The position numbers and the translations under genes are program-made. From positions 27,243 to 91,242 of the forward strand of contig JAXLTL010000011.1 of the NCBI GenBank assembly GCA_046330075.1: a DNA stretch of 64,000 bases. The letters are read 5' to 3'. The stretch comes from Bacteroidia bacterium (GTDB lineage Bacteria; Bacteroidota; Bacteroidia; AKYH767-A; OLB10). Under the pieces are notes generated by a model. That model made no database searches. It was not told the DNA's origin and saw nothing but the letters and a program-made list of their open reading frames with translations. Of the stretch, positions 10,540 to 20,040 are shown piece after piece (the first letter of the stretch is position 1; the number at the start of each line of letters is the position of its first letter).

Positions 10540-12015
10540 ATGAAAAACAACGGCAAGAGTAAACCCCTCAACTTCTCCACCGCGTGGACCTATGCACCCG
10601 CACCGGAAGGAACCGAGCACATCCAGCTCAATGAGCGGTACGGACTCTTTATCAACGGTAAATTCACAGCGCCTTCGGGAGGAAAATACTTCGACACCAT
10701 CAATCCCGCCACCGAGAAGAAAATTGCTTCAGTAGGAGAAGCCAACACGGCAGACGTTGACAAAGCCGTGAAAGCTGCCCGTACTGCTTACGACAAAACC
10801 TGGTCGAAGATGCCTGCTGCAGAACGTGGCAAATACATCTACCGCATCGCCCGCATCATTCAGGAGAAAGCGAGAGAACTGGCTGTGATCGAGAGCATGG
10901 ATGGCGGTAAGCCGATCCGTGAATCGAGAGATATTGATGTGCCGCTGGCTGCTGCGCATTTCTTCTACTATGCCGGCTGGGCGGATAAACTCGACTACGC
11001 TTTTCCCGGACACTCTGCACATCCTGTTGGTGTGGCTGGACAAATCATCCCCTGGAATTTCCCGTTACTCATGGCAGCGTGGAAGATCGCTCCTGCCCTC
11101 GCCTGCGGAAATACAGTTGTTCTGAAACCTGCTGAGACGACACCGCTCACTGCATTAAAGCTCGCGGAGATCATTCAGGAAGCGGATTTACCTCCGGGTG
11201 TAGTGAACATCATCACCGGGGCCGGTGCAACAGGTGCAGCCATCGTGAATCATCCCGGCATTGATAAAATCGCGTTTACCGGATCTACCGATGTGGGAAA
11301 GCTCATTCAACGCGCACTCGCCGGAACGGATAAAAAATATACACTCGAGCTTGGTGGTAAGGCCGCCAACATCATCTTCGAAGATGCTGCGATTGATCAG
11401 GCGGTAGAAGGTATCATCAACGGTATCTTCTTCAATCAAGGTCATGTGTGCTGCGCAGGCTCACGGCTCTTTGTGCAGGAAGGTGTAGCGAAGGAAGTGC
11501 TGCGTAAACTCAAGGACCGCATCAACACCCTCATCGTTGGTGATCCGCTCGACAAGAACACCGACATCGGCGCCATCAATTCGAAAGCGCAGCTGAATAA
11601 AATCAAGAGTCTGGTGCAGGCCGGTATCAAAGAAGGCGGTGACTGCTGGCAGAGTGATTGCGCCGTTCCGTCGAAAGGTTACTGGTTCCGCCCCACGCTC
11701 TTCACCGGCGTAGCACAGTCGAGCCGTATTGTACAGGAAGAGATATTTGGTCCCGTGCTGGCCATACAAACCTTCCGTACCCTTGAAGAGGTTGTAGAGA
11801 AAGCCAACAATACGCCCTACGGACTCAGCGGCGGCGTATGGACCGACAAAGGCTCCAAGATTTTCAAGATCACCGGAAAAATCAAGGCCGGCGTGCTCTG
11901 GGCGAACACGTATAACAAATTTGATCCCACCAGTCCCTTCGGTGGTTACAAAGAGAGCGGCGTAGGACGCGAAGGCGGCCTCCACGGACTCTCCCCCTAT
12001 GTTCATCTTTCATAA
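10540..12015 (+). CDS. aldehyde dehydrogenase, catalytically complete (ALDH16-like N-terminal module)
   Basis: IPWNFP, KPAE, GSTDVGK, ELGGKAA and FFNQGHVCCAGSR (catalytic Cys present). N-terminus NFSTAWTYAPAPEG and tail GGYKESGVGREGGLHGLSPYVHLS resemble ALDH16. Confidence 0.9.
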   Translation: MKNNGKSKPLNFSTAWTYAPAPEGTEHIQLNERYGLFINGKFTAPSGGKYFDTINPATEKKIASVGEANTADVDKAVKAARTAYDKTWSKMPAAERGKYIYRIARIIQEKARELAVIESMDGGKPIRESRDIDVPLAAAHFFYYAGWADKLDYAFPGHSAHPVGVAGQIIPWNFPLLMAAWKIAPALACGNTVVLKPAETTPLTALKLAEIIQEADLPPGVVNIITGAGATGAAIVNHPGIDKIAFTGSTDVGKLIQRALAGTDKKYTLELGGKAANIIFEDAAIDQAVEGIINGIFFNQGHVCCAGSRLFVQEGVAKEVLRKLKDRINTLIVGDPLDKNTDIGAINSKAQLNKIKSLVQAGIKEGGDCWQSDCAVPSKGYWFRPTLFTGVAQSSRIVQEEIFGPVLAIQTFRTLEEVVEKANNTPYGLSGGVWTDKGSKIFKITGKIKAGVLWANTYNKFDPTSPFGGYKESGVGREGGLHGLSPYVHLS

Positions 12016-12023
12016 TCCTCCAC

Positions 12024-12968
12024 ATGGCCACCACAACAGCAACGAAAAAATCTGCCGGCAATAAAGCAAAAAACGGAGCAGCACCTACCCTCAACGGAAG
12101 TGCTAACGGCAGTGCCGTAACGAAAAAGCGCCTGGAGGTAAAGAAAACCTACAAGATCTACATCGACGGTAAATTTCCACGTACCGAATCGGGCCGTATT
12201 TACGCCCTGAAGAATGCAGCCGGAGAAGTGATTGCCAATGTATGCCGCGGCTCGAGGAAGGATTTGCGCGACAGTGTAGTGAGCAATCGTAAAGCGCAGG
12301 AAGCCTGGGCGAAGCGCAGTGCCTACAACCGCGGACAAATCCTCTACCGCATCGCCGAAACCCTCGAAGGACGACGTGCACAGTTCGCCGACACCCTCGT
12401 GAAACAAGGTTACACAGCTGCAGCGGCGCAGAAAGAAATAGATGCGTCGGTGGATTTACTCGTGTATTATGCCGGCTGGAGCGATAAATACACACAGGTG
12501 TTCAGCAGTGTGAACCCTGTTGAGAGTTCGCACTTTAATTTCAGCTACCACGAGCCGGTAGGTATTGTGAACATCATCGCTGAGCAAAACAGCGGACTCC
12601 TCGGCATTGTATCCGCATCGATTCCTCTGATCGTGGGTGGCAATACCTGCACGGTGATCGCTTCTGAAAAATATCCGCTCACGGCCGTTGACTTCGCCGA
12701 AGTGCTGAATGCGTCTGATGTGCCGGGTGGAATCATCAACATCATCACCGGTTACAGGAAAGAGTTTACCGGACATGCCAGCTCGCACATGGATGTCAAC
12801 GCGATTGTGTACAGCGACCTCAGCGCCGATGACCGTAAACTCGTACAGACCAACGCCGCGCTCAATGTAAAGCGTGTAATTGATTTCAGCAAGGAGCCCT
12901 TACTCAATCCCTATCGTATTCTCGCAGCGCAGGAAGTAAAAACCACCTGGCATCCGATTGGTTCCTGA
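12024..12968 (+). CDS. ALDH-like protein lacking the catalytic domain (ALDH16 C-terminal-domain-like)
   Basis: Low-complexity N-terminus. It aligns by eye to the NAD-binding half of the preceding ALDH (YKIYIDGKF..., LLVYYAGWSDKY, GGIINIITG), but WNFP, ELGG and the catalytic Cys region are absent. It ends with an ALDH-tail-like EVKTTWHPIGS. Confidence 0.75.
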   Translation: MATTTATKKSAGNKAKNGAAPTLNGSANGSAVTKKRLEVKKTYKIYIDGKFPRTESGRIYALKNAAGEVIANVCRGSRKDLRDSVVSNRKAQEAWAKRSAYNRGQILYRIAETLEGRRAQFADTLVKQGYTAAAAQKEIDASVDLLVYYAGWSDKYTQVFSSVNPVESSHFNFSYHEPVGIVNIIAEQNSGLLGIVSASIPLIVGGNTCTVIASEKYPLTAVDFAEVLNASDVPGGIINIITGYRKEFTGHASSHMDVNAIVYSDLSADDRKLVQTNAALNVKRVIDFSKEPLLNPYRILAAQEVKTTWHPIGS

Positions 12969-12973
12969 GGACG

Positions 12974-13615
12974 ATGGCAGCAAAAGGCAATAAAGTTGAG
13001 GAATACATCCTCCGGCAGCCGAAAGAGCTACAGAAGCGCCTGGAGCAGCTTCGCGCATTGATTCTGAAAGCGGTTCCTGATGCGGCGGAAGAGTTCTCCT
13101 ATGGCATGCCGGCTTACAAGCTCAACGGGAAGCCGCTGGTGTATTTTGCCTGTTTTGCGCAACACACCGGACTCTACGCCACACCTGCTGCGCACACCGC
13201 CTTTGCAAAAGAGCTGGCCATCTATAAACAAGGTAAAGGCTCCGTTCAGTTCCCTCACGGTAGCGCCTTACCGTTAACACTGATCAAGAAAATCGTTTTG
13301 TTCAAAGCCGAAGAGGTCCGTGCAAAAACAGCTCCAGCAAAAAAGAAAATCGTATGTCCCAACGGCCATACCTTTTACAAAAGCTCCGACTGCCGTACCT
13401 GTCCGAAATGCGAAGCTGCGGCTTCCCAATCACTAAAAGCAGCTGACGATTTCCTCTCTCATTTTGCAGCTCCCGCCCGCAGGGCCTTACAATCCGCCGG
13501 CATCACCACGCTCGCCAAACTTTCCAAAACCAAACCCAACGATCTCCAAAACCTCCACGGTATTGGTCCGAATGCAATGAAAGTTATTCAGCGTTTGCTG
13601 AAAGAGAAAAAATAA
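12974..13615 (+). CDS. DUF1801 (YdhG-like) domain protein fused to a zinc-ribbon and helix-hairpin-helix tail
   Basis: N-terminus ...LRALILKAVPDAAEEFSYGMPAYKLNGKPLVYFACFAQHTGLY...GKGSVQFP is DUF1801-like. This is followed by CPNGHTF...CRTCPKC and then LQNLHGIGPNAMKVIQ. Confidence 0.7.
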   Translation: MAAKGNKVEEYILRQPKELQKRLEQLRALILKAVPDAAEEFSYGMPAYKLNGKPLVYFACFAQHTGLYATPAAHTAFAKELAIYKQGKGSVQFPHGSALPLTLIKKIVLFKAEEVRAKTAPAKKKIVCPNGHTFYKSSDCRTCPKCEAAASQSLKAADDFLSHFAAPARRALQSAGITTLAKLSKTKPNDLQNLHGIGPNAMKVIQRLLKEKK

Positions 13616-13819
13616 TTTCCCGATGACCAAAGAAGGTGGCATTATTCAATAGATGACCATTTCCAGCAAGTGATCATCCTTTTCTTTCCGGTGCAAATAC
13701 AAAGGGTTTTGGTGAACCACTTTATCTGCCTTTCTCAAATATTGATTACTTAAAGTTTGGTTAAGAAACACTTTTCTGACAAAACCATCGTTTGAATTCC
13801 CAAACCAACAATTTATTCT

Positions 13820-15169
13820 ATGTTCAACAACCAATTTAAAACTTACCTGAAAATCGGATTAATTATTCTAATCACTTTGCTGCTGCTTATTCCTACCAAT
13901 ATGATTCAATCCCTGATTCATGAACGGGAGCTGAAACAGGAAGAAGTCATCAGGGATGTAACATCGAAATGGGCCGGTGCTCAAACAATAAACGGCCCTT
14001 ATCTCAGCATTCCCTACACAAAATATGTCAGGGAGGCAGCTGCCAAGGATTCCGCATCGAAAATTATCGCTGTAACCGGTATCCTTCATGTGCTGCCTGA
14101 ATCACTGAAGATTAACGGAAATATGAGTCATGAAATCCGACACCGTGGTATTTATAATGCTGTAGTATATGGTTCAAAGCTGGATCTATCAGGAACATTT
14201 GTTCTTCCCAATCCCGATGAAACCGGCATTCCCTCTTCCCAACTTGACCTTAAGCATGCAAAAGTTAATCTGGGAATCGATGACCTGCGCGGTATTGAAG
14301 AACAAGTATCTATTAACTGGAACCAGCAACAGGTGGCTTTCAATTCCGGGCTGACAGATCAGGAACTCACCAAATCCGGTATTCACGCGAATGTAAATCT
14401 GGAAGGTCAGCGCATTGATTCAAATTACACCTTCGGTATTAAACTTGCCTTGAAAGGGAGTCAAAACATCCGCTTTGTACCGGTAGGGAAAACAACAAAT
14501 GTTGAGCTGGCTTCACAATGGGCGAGTCCGAGTTTCGCAGGATCCTTTCTGCCCGATCAGCGTACAGTCAGCGACAAAGGATTCAGTGCTATGTGGAACA
14601 TTCAGCATCTCAACAGAAACTATCCGCAATGGTGGACCGGCAACCGTTATGAAGTAGCAGGATCGGCTTTTGGGGTGGATTTATACACTCCGGTCGACAA
14701 CTATCAGAAAACCTATCGTTCCATACATTACTCCATTCTGTTCATTGCTGCTACATTTCTTGTTTTCTTCTTCATTGAAGTGATAAGAAAAATAATGATA
14801 CACCCTATTCAATACTTCCTGGTAGGAATTGCGTTGGTGATCTTTTACATTTTACTTTTATCGCTGTCGGAACATATTGGTTTTAATCCGGCCTTTCTTG
14901 TTTCCGCGCTCTCCACAATCGCATTGATCGTGCTGTATGCAAAATCGATTCTTCATTCCACTGCGCTGGGAAGTATGCTGGGAGGAATCATCACTATCCT
15001 CTATGCCTTTATTTTCATCATCATTCAGGAAGAAGATTATGCACTACTCATGGGAAGTATAGGTATCTTTATGGTACTGGCCATTACCATGTTTGTTTCC
15101 CGGAAGATAAACTGGTTTGAAATTCATAACGTCCGAAAAAACAAAGGGCCTGCCAACGAACTTGTTTAA
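13820..15169 (+). CDS. creD: cell envelope integrity protein CreD
   Basis: Colinear with E. coli CreD as recalled: N-terminal TM, SQWASPSFAGSFLPDQRTVSDKGFSAMW, HPIQYFLVGIALVIFYILLLSLSEHIGF, and C-terminal TM helices. Confidence 0.85.
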   Translation: MFNNQFKTYLKIGLIILITLLLLIPTNMIQSLIHERELKQEEVIRDVTSKWAGAQTINGPYLSIPYTKYVREAAAKDSASKIIAVTGILHVLPESLKINGNMSHEIRHRGIYNAVVYGSKLDLSGTFVLPNPDETGIPSSQLDLKHAKVNLGIDDLRGIEEQVSINWNQQQVAFNSGLTDQELTKSGIHANVNLEGQRIDSNYTFGIKLALKGSQNIRFVPVGKTTNVELASQWASPSFAGSFLPDQRTVSDKGFSAMWNIQHLNRNYPQWWTGNRYEVAGSAFGVDLYTPVDNYQKTYRSIHYSILFIAATFLVFFFIEVIRKIMIHPIQYFLVGIALVIFYILLLSLSEHIGFNPAFLVSALSTIALIVLYAKSILHSTALGSMLGGIITILYAFIFIIIQEEDYALLMGSIGIFMVLAITMFVSRKINWFEIHNVRKNKGPANELV

Positions 15170-15173
15170 AAAA

Positions 15174-15209
15174 AGCGTCGGCACTTCAATAAAATGAAGT
15201 GCCGACGCT
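15174..15209. terminator. bidirectional terminator hairpin between convergent creD and 15222..16919
   Basis: 15-bp stem agcgtcggcacttca / tgaagtgccgacgct with loop ataaaa. There is an A-run upstream. Confidence 0.75.
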
Positions 15210-15221
15210 GATATTATGGTA

Positions 15222-16919
15222 TTAGTTCTTTATAAATTTTGCAGCGTGTTGGCTACCGTTTTCATCGAGTACACGTATCAGATACACTCCGGTATTCCAG
15301 GATTCAACATTTAACTTCACTTCAGGCTGATGCTGTTCATTCATTTCATACACCAACTTACCTGACAGGTCAAATACTGAAACGGTTTGTATACCAGAAG
15401 AAATTCCAATCGTTACCACCGACGTTCCGGGGTTGGGAGCCATCTGAATTGCTACTCCGTCTTTTTCATTGGTCTCACCAGCTATCCTGGGCACAGCAGG
15501 GATAGAGTACTTAACAATAAAGGGAGCCTCTATATTATCCAGCCCGTTAGAGTAGATAATCTTCACCTTGGTACCAATCCAGTAGATATGTAAACCATCA
15601 CCATCCAGCACGGAAGTAGTACCCGTGATCCCTGTATAGTCGGGCACAGGAAACTGTGAAGGAGAAAAACTATGTAAGGCAACATCGGTATATTCAAGAT
15701 TTAAATAATCATCGTACTGCGCAAGTACGCTTTTCACCTTTGTAGAATTAACTTCAGTATATGCAGTAAGATAATACCGGTTGTTAGGCGCGTAGAAAAT
15801 ATTCATGGGATGATCGTTCTGATTAGAGCTTCCTCTGTAATACCGTGTTGCCAGTGTACTACCGGCGGCACTGTATTTCCGAAGACAAACATCATTGTTG
15901 TTTACACCCATGGAGGTATTCAGCAAATCATACGCCACCGTAATATTTCCTGCATTATCAAAACAGATTGACCCGGCCCCATCTCCCAGATTGGCTGTGC
16001 CGCTCATGTATTTTGTCCAGACGCGTGTTCCCGCGCTATTATATTTTACAAACATTCCGTCAGTTTCTGCTCCGGCAACACGAACACTTGAACAGGTAAA
16101 ATAGATATCACCGGCGGGTGAAATTTCCATCTTGGAAGGGATGTCTGCATTCACACCAGCCAGAGCATTGAACGTTTTCTTCCAAACCTGTACACCGGAA
16201 GAATTCAGTTTTTGCAGTATAATCTGCGATCCGTTGGTTGGAGAAGTAGACGTCCCGAGGAGGTAGACATCCCCTGCAGCAGTTGCACGCACAATTACAG
16301 GGACAAAAGTACTTACATTGACAAAGAACAATTGATTGCCGATATCTGAAAAGCAGGATAGAAAATAACCGGTAGACTCCAAATATCCCAACCAATAAAT
16401 TTTGGCGCCATTTACATGAGCCGCGATGGTATAATCAGTTGCTCCGAGCGTACTCGAGGGACTATATAAATATCTTCGCCATACTTCAGTGAGTGCGGAA
16501 TTATATTTGATCAGTATGGCATCGTGACCGTACGCCTCATCGTAATAGTATTTTCCACCGGTATAATAGTTGCCACTACCGTCTTTCTCGAGGCATGTTG
16601 TATAATCCTTCTGCGTGTAATCAGGGTAAGGAAGAGGCGAAGGGTTGGAAAAGTAAAACATCGATTGTGAGCTGCCCCATAACTTCCTGAATTGCATTTT
16701 CGAGTAGAGTAACCCTCCGGGGTTATAATTAATTGCGGTTTCAGCCAATAATAATCCCTGATCCGGTGTACCAACACCATATTGATAAGAGTAGTCCATG
16801 TAAGATGCCATGTCAGAGTAATAGTAAATACTATCCCTTGTAGGCTGGGCTTTTGCCGGAAGTGCCATGCCAATGGCAATACAAATCGCCATCAGTAATC
16901 TGGATACGTCTTTTTTCAT
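15222..16919 (-). CDS. secreted SBBP-type beta-propeller repeat protein with T9SS type-A CTD (paralog of 18060..19763)
   Basis: The likely start is MKKDVSRLLMAICIAIGMALPAKAQ (codon 31 of ORF 15222..17009). Repeats of the form D..GN.Y..G......D..+VKYNS.G..VW. CTD MAPNPGTSVVTIG...GVYLIRVLDENGSQHAAKFIKN. Confidence 0.8.
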   Translation of the reverse strand: MKKDVSRLLMAICIAIGMALPAKAQPTRDSIYYYSDMASYMDYSYQYGVGTPDQGLLLAETAINYNPGGLLYSKMQFRKLWGSSQSMFYFSNPSPLPYPDYTQKDYTTCLEKDGSGNYYTGGKYYYDEAYGHDAILIKYNSALTEVWRRYLYSPSSTLGATDYTIAAHVNGAKIYWLGYLESTGYFLSCFSDIGNQLFFVNVSTFVPVIVRATAAGDVYLLGTSTSPTNGSQIILQKLNSSGVQVWKKTFNALAGVNADIPSKMEISPAGDIYFTCSSVRVAGAETDGMFVKYNSAGTRVWTKYMSGTANLGDGAGSICFDNAGNITVAYDLLNTSMGVNNNDVCLRKYSAAGSTLATRYYRGSSNQNDHPMNIFYAPNNRYYLTAYTEVNSTKVKSVLAQYDDYLNLEYTDVALHSFSPSQFPVPDYTGITGTTSVLDGDGLHIYWIGTKVKIIYSNGLDNIEAPFIVKYSIPAVPRIAGETNEKDGVAIQMAPNPGTSVVTIGISSGIQTVSVFDLSGKLVYEMNEQHQPEVKLNVESWNTGVYLIRVLDENGSQHAAKFIKN

Positions 16920-17230
16920 ATTTCTGGTTTTACTCAAATTTGTAAAATTCCAAAGATTCGGGAATGAGTTTTTGAGTATGTGGCAGATTTCTCTGATTAA
17001 ATGGTACAAAACCGCTACAATTCAGTTCGAATACGCTGATGGTTCTTCAATTACCTTAAAGTTTAATTGCTGTATTGGAATTGTGCTGCCTGAGTACATT
17101 CAATGCCCCGGTCGTCAGATATATAAAGCAGATGGCAGCTAAACTGCACTAAACGTTGCCTAAAAATTTCAGGCATTACTTAGTGCCGAGGTATCCCTGA
17201 TTTAGAGGCAGAACTTCTTGGTCAACCGAT

Positions 17231-17830
17231 TCAGGATTCAACCCCTGCACAAGTTACATCTCGCCTGCATTTTCGACAAACCAAGTTGCCAAAGATGGAA
17301 CGCGGATGAAGCTGATTTTGCTGATGGTCGCTGATTTTATTTGTCTTTAGGCCGGTCGCGACCGGATAATATTTGTCGCATGGCCGGTCGTTAGCGGCCA
17401 CTACCAATTGTGTACGGGCGTGCCCTGCGTGAACTGCAAAGCCTCGGGATGCTGAACCCTTACTCCTGATACATCTCGCCTGCATTTTCGAGAATCAACA
17501 TTGTCGAAAGGAGGAACGCGGATGAAGCTGATTTTGCAGATGGTCGCTGATTTTATTTGTCTTCAGGCCGGTCACCACCGGATAATATTTGTCGCATGGC
17601 CGGTCGTTAGCGGCCACTACCAATCGTGTACGGGCGTGCCCTGCGTGAACTGCAAAGCCTCTGGATGCAAGACCCCTGCACCTGATACATCTCGCCTGCA
17701 TTTTCGAGACACCACATTGGCAAAAGGGGGAACGCGGATCGCCTTCGGCTAACGCTGATCAGGCTGATGGTCGCTGATTTTATTTGTCTCATGGCCGGTC
17801 GCGACCGGCCACTACCATCTATTGTCCCTT
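17231..17830. repeat. tandem array of a composite ~215-bp noncoding repeat (two full units plus head and tail fragments)
   Basis: The unit-start motif acatctcgcctgcattttcga occurs at 17256, 17471 and 17687. Units carry ggaacgcggatgaagctgattttgctgatggtcgctgatt, ggccggtcgcgaccgg and tcgtgtacgggcgtgccctgcgtgaactgcaaagcct boxes. Confidence 0.9.
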
Positions 17831-18002
17831 TTGCCCCTCCCTCCTTGCAAAGCAAGCGGAATTGCCCCTTTGCCCTTCTTGCACCACTGGTTCCTCTTGC
17901 ACTTTTGACTCTCTTGCTCCTCCTCAGATGATTTCTATTTATTATGATCAGATTCAATTTTCTGCAGCTGCATTTCCGGAGTCTGAGCCATCATCAACGA
18001 AT

Positions 18003-18045
18003 AAAAAAAGAACGGCCGTAGCTCACATTAATGAGTACGGCCGTT
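18003..18045 (-). terminator. rho-independent terminator downstream of 18060..19763
   Basis: aacggccgta...tacggccgtt stem, followed on the minus strand by cttttttt. Confidence 0.8.
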
Positions 18046-18059
18046 GCTCTCAGAATTAT

Positions 18060-19763
18060 TTATTGCTTCACTAACCTGCTGGTTTCAACCTGATTTTCCT
18101 GATCGGTGACACGAACTACATAAACTCCATTTCTCCATAGCTGGATATCCAGTCTTTGTGTATTCTGACCAAGGTCTTCTTCCTGCCAGATTAACCGGCC
18201 ACTCTCGTCATATACTTCCAGCTGCCTTATTTCATTCTTAGAATTGATGAACACCTGATCACTGGCTGGATTCGGGAAAAGCGATAGCTTTGAATCTTCC
18301 ATAGTCGATTCACTTTCACTCATACGGGGAACAACAGGCAAAGAATACTTGATAATAAACGGAGCAATGATATTATCAAGTCCCATGGCATATGTAACAC
18401 TCGATTTCGTTCCGATCCAGTATAAAAACATTCCTGACCGATCCAATACCGAAGTTGTTACACCGATATAGACATTGTCCGGGAAACCATAGGGATTGAA
18501 ACTATGCGTCATAACATCCGTGTATTCAAGATTCAGAGAAGGATCGTATTGCGCTACAACACTTTTCACAGTGACATTGTCAACTGAAGTCTGAGCTATA
18601 AGATAAAAACGGCCATTGGGAGCAAAATAAATATTTTCCGGAGAATCATGCTTATTCCCACTGCCTTTATAATACCTGGTGGCTAGGGTACTACCTGTAG
18701 GACTATACTTTCTCATACAGACATCATAATTGTAAACACCAAGGTTTGAATTCAGAACTGTATAAGCAACAACAATATTTCCTGAGCCATCAAAACATAA
18801 TTTTCCGGCACCATCATTTGAATTTGCAGATCCGTTTATATACTTCGACCAAACACGGGTGCCACTGCTGTTATATTTTACCAGCATGGCATCACTATTA
18901 CCTACCGTTCTTTCACAAGCAGCCGTGAAATATATATCTCCGGACGCATCAATTTCCATATGGGCCGGCAGGTCAGCGTTCAGACCGGCTAAAGCATTAT
19001 ATGTTTTCTTCCACACCTGCACTCCGGAACTATTCAGTTTTTGAAGTACAACCTGTGAACCATTTGTACCTGACGTAGATGATCCTAATACATACACATC
19101 ACCCGATGCATTCACCCGTACCATCTGTGGAGTAAACGTACTGACGTTCGTGAAGAACAGCTGAGCGCCAATATCCGAATAACAAGCTAAAAAATAACCG
19201 GTCTGTCCCAGATATCCCAACCAGTATAATTTATTCCCCTTAGCATATACTGAAATAGTATAGTCGTCAGGTCCTGTGCCTCCACCAGAAGGGCCACTGT
19301 ATAAGTATTGACGCCATACTTCCACAAGTGAAGAATTGTATTTAATCAGGACGGCATCATGTTTATATACATTATCGTAATAATACTTACCTCCAGCGTA
19401 ATAGTTACCACTTCCATCCGCTTCTAAACATGTTGTTTTATCGCTTTGAGTATAATCAGGAACTGCGATTGGGTTTGAAAAATCGAAATTGGTCTGGAAG
19501 CTGCCCCAACGTTTTGTCAGATTCATCTTTGAATACAACAATCCACCCGGATTATAGTACTCCGCCGTTTCAGCCAGAAGCAACCCATTATCAGATGTTG
19601 CAACTCCATGAAGATAGCTCCAATCTACAGAAGATACATAATCGCTATAGTAAACAACTTCCTCTCTCACTGGTTGCGCAACCATCAGACTCGACCAGCA
19701 ACAATTGATGGTTATGAGGAACAAGATCAGGTTTTTAGTGTTTTTCATTTTGATGATTTTCAT
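18060..19763 (-). CDS. secreted SBBP-type beta-propeller repeat protein with T9SS type-A CTD (paralog of 15222..16919)
   Basis: Signal peptide. Roughly 60 percent identical by eye to 15222..16919 (GLLLAETA.YNPGGLLYSKM, DGSGNYY.GGKYYYD, LIKYNS.L.EVWR.YLY). CTD LFPNPASDQVFINS...GVYVVRVTDQENQVETSRLVKQ. Confidence 0.8.
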   Translation of the reverse strand: MKIIKMKNTKNLILFLITINCCWSSLMVAQPVREEVVYYSDYVSSVDWSYLHGVATSDNGLLLAETAEYYNPGGLLYSKMNLTKRWGSFQTNFDFSNPIAVPDYTQSDKTTCLEADGSGNYYAGGKYYYDNVYKHDAVLIKYNSSLVEVWRQYLYSGPSGGGTGPDDYTISVYAKGNKLYWLGYLGQTGYFLACYSDIGAQLFFTNVSTFTPQMVRVNASGDVYVLGSSTSGTNGSQVVLQKLNSSGVQVWKKTYNALAGLNADLPAHMEIDASGDIYFTAACERTVGNSDAMLVKYNSSGTRVWSKYINGSANSNDGAGKLCFDGSGNIVVAYTVLNSNLGVYNYDVCMRKYSPTGSTLATRYYKGSGNKHDSPENIYFAPNGRFYLIAQTSVDNVTVKSVVAQYDPSLNLEYTDVMTHSFNPYGFPDNVYIGVTTSVLDRSGMFLYWIGTKSSVTYAMGLDNIIAPFIIKYSLPVVPRMSESESTMEDSKLSLFPNPASDQVFINSKNEIRQLEVYDESGRLIWQEEDLGQNTQRLDIQLWRNGVYVVRVTDQENQVETSRLVKQ

Positions 19764-20040
19764 GAAAAGTGCAAAAACCCTTTAAGCTTATCATGGAATT
19801 TTGAGTATCCGGCTAGAAAAAATTAGTATTCGGCAATTCCATAAACCACGACAAAGGGATTTAAGGCTGATCATGCAGTGTATGTTTAATCCCGAACATC
19901 TTTAGCTCCACTGTATTTTAGATATCCCGCGTTCCAAAACAAGCAGGAGCGGTTCAGGCTGATCCCGATCGTCCACCACCACCTCTGCAACTCAGAAACC
20001 CCGGAGCTTTGCTACGAACTCAAACGCATCGCCATCGAAT

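Noticed and set aside
11967-12026. Possibility that the two ALDH16-like ORFs are one gene broken by an assembly indel, for example in the ccccc run at 11993-11997.
   Set aside because: The second frame is indeed open back to 11967, so a fusion is formally possible. However, the upstream ORF ends with a natural ALDH tail (GLHGLSPYVHLS*), whereas the shifted reading (…SPLCSSFIILHM…) looks unnatural. I kept this as a caveat in the finding rather than calling a frameshift.
17231-17701. ORFs 17231..17485 and 17495..17701 (and 20012..20380, 17501..17752, 17784..18074, 20313..20603), which look like a small paralogous protein family.
   Set aside because: Their similarity simply mirrors the DNA repeat units. 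The sequences are Arg/Cys-rich and low-complexity, lack a start context, and overlap on both strands. They are treated as translations of noncoding repeats.
17231-17830. Possible CRISPR array.
   Set aside because: The units are about 215 bp and directly abutting, with no unique spacers, and no cas genes are in the window. The periodicity and unit size are incompatible with CRISPR.
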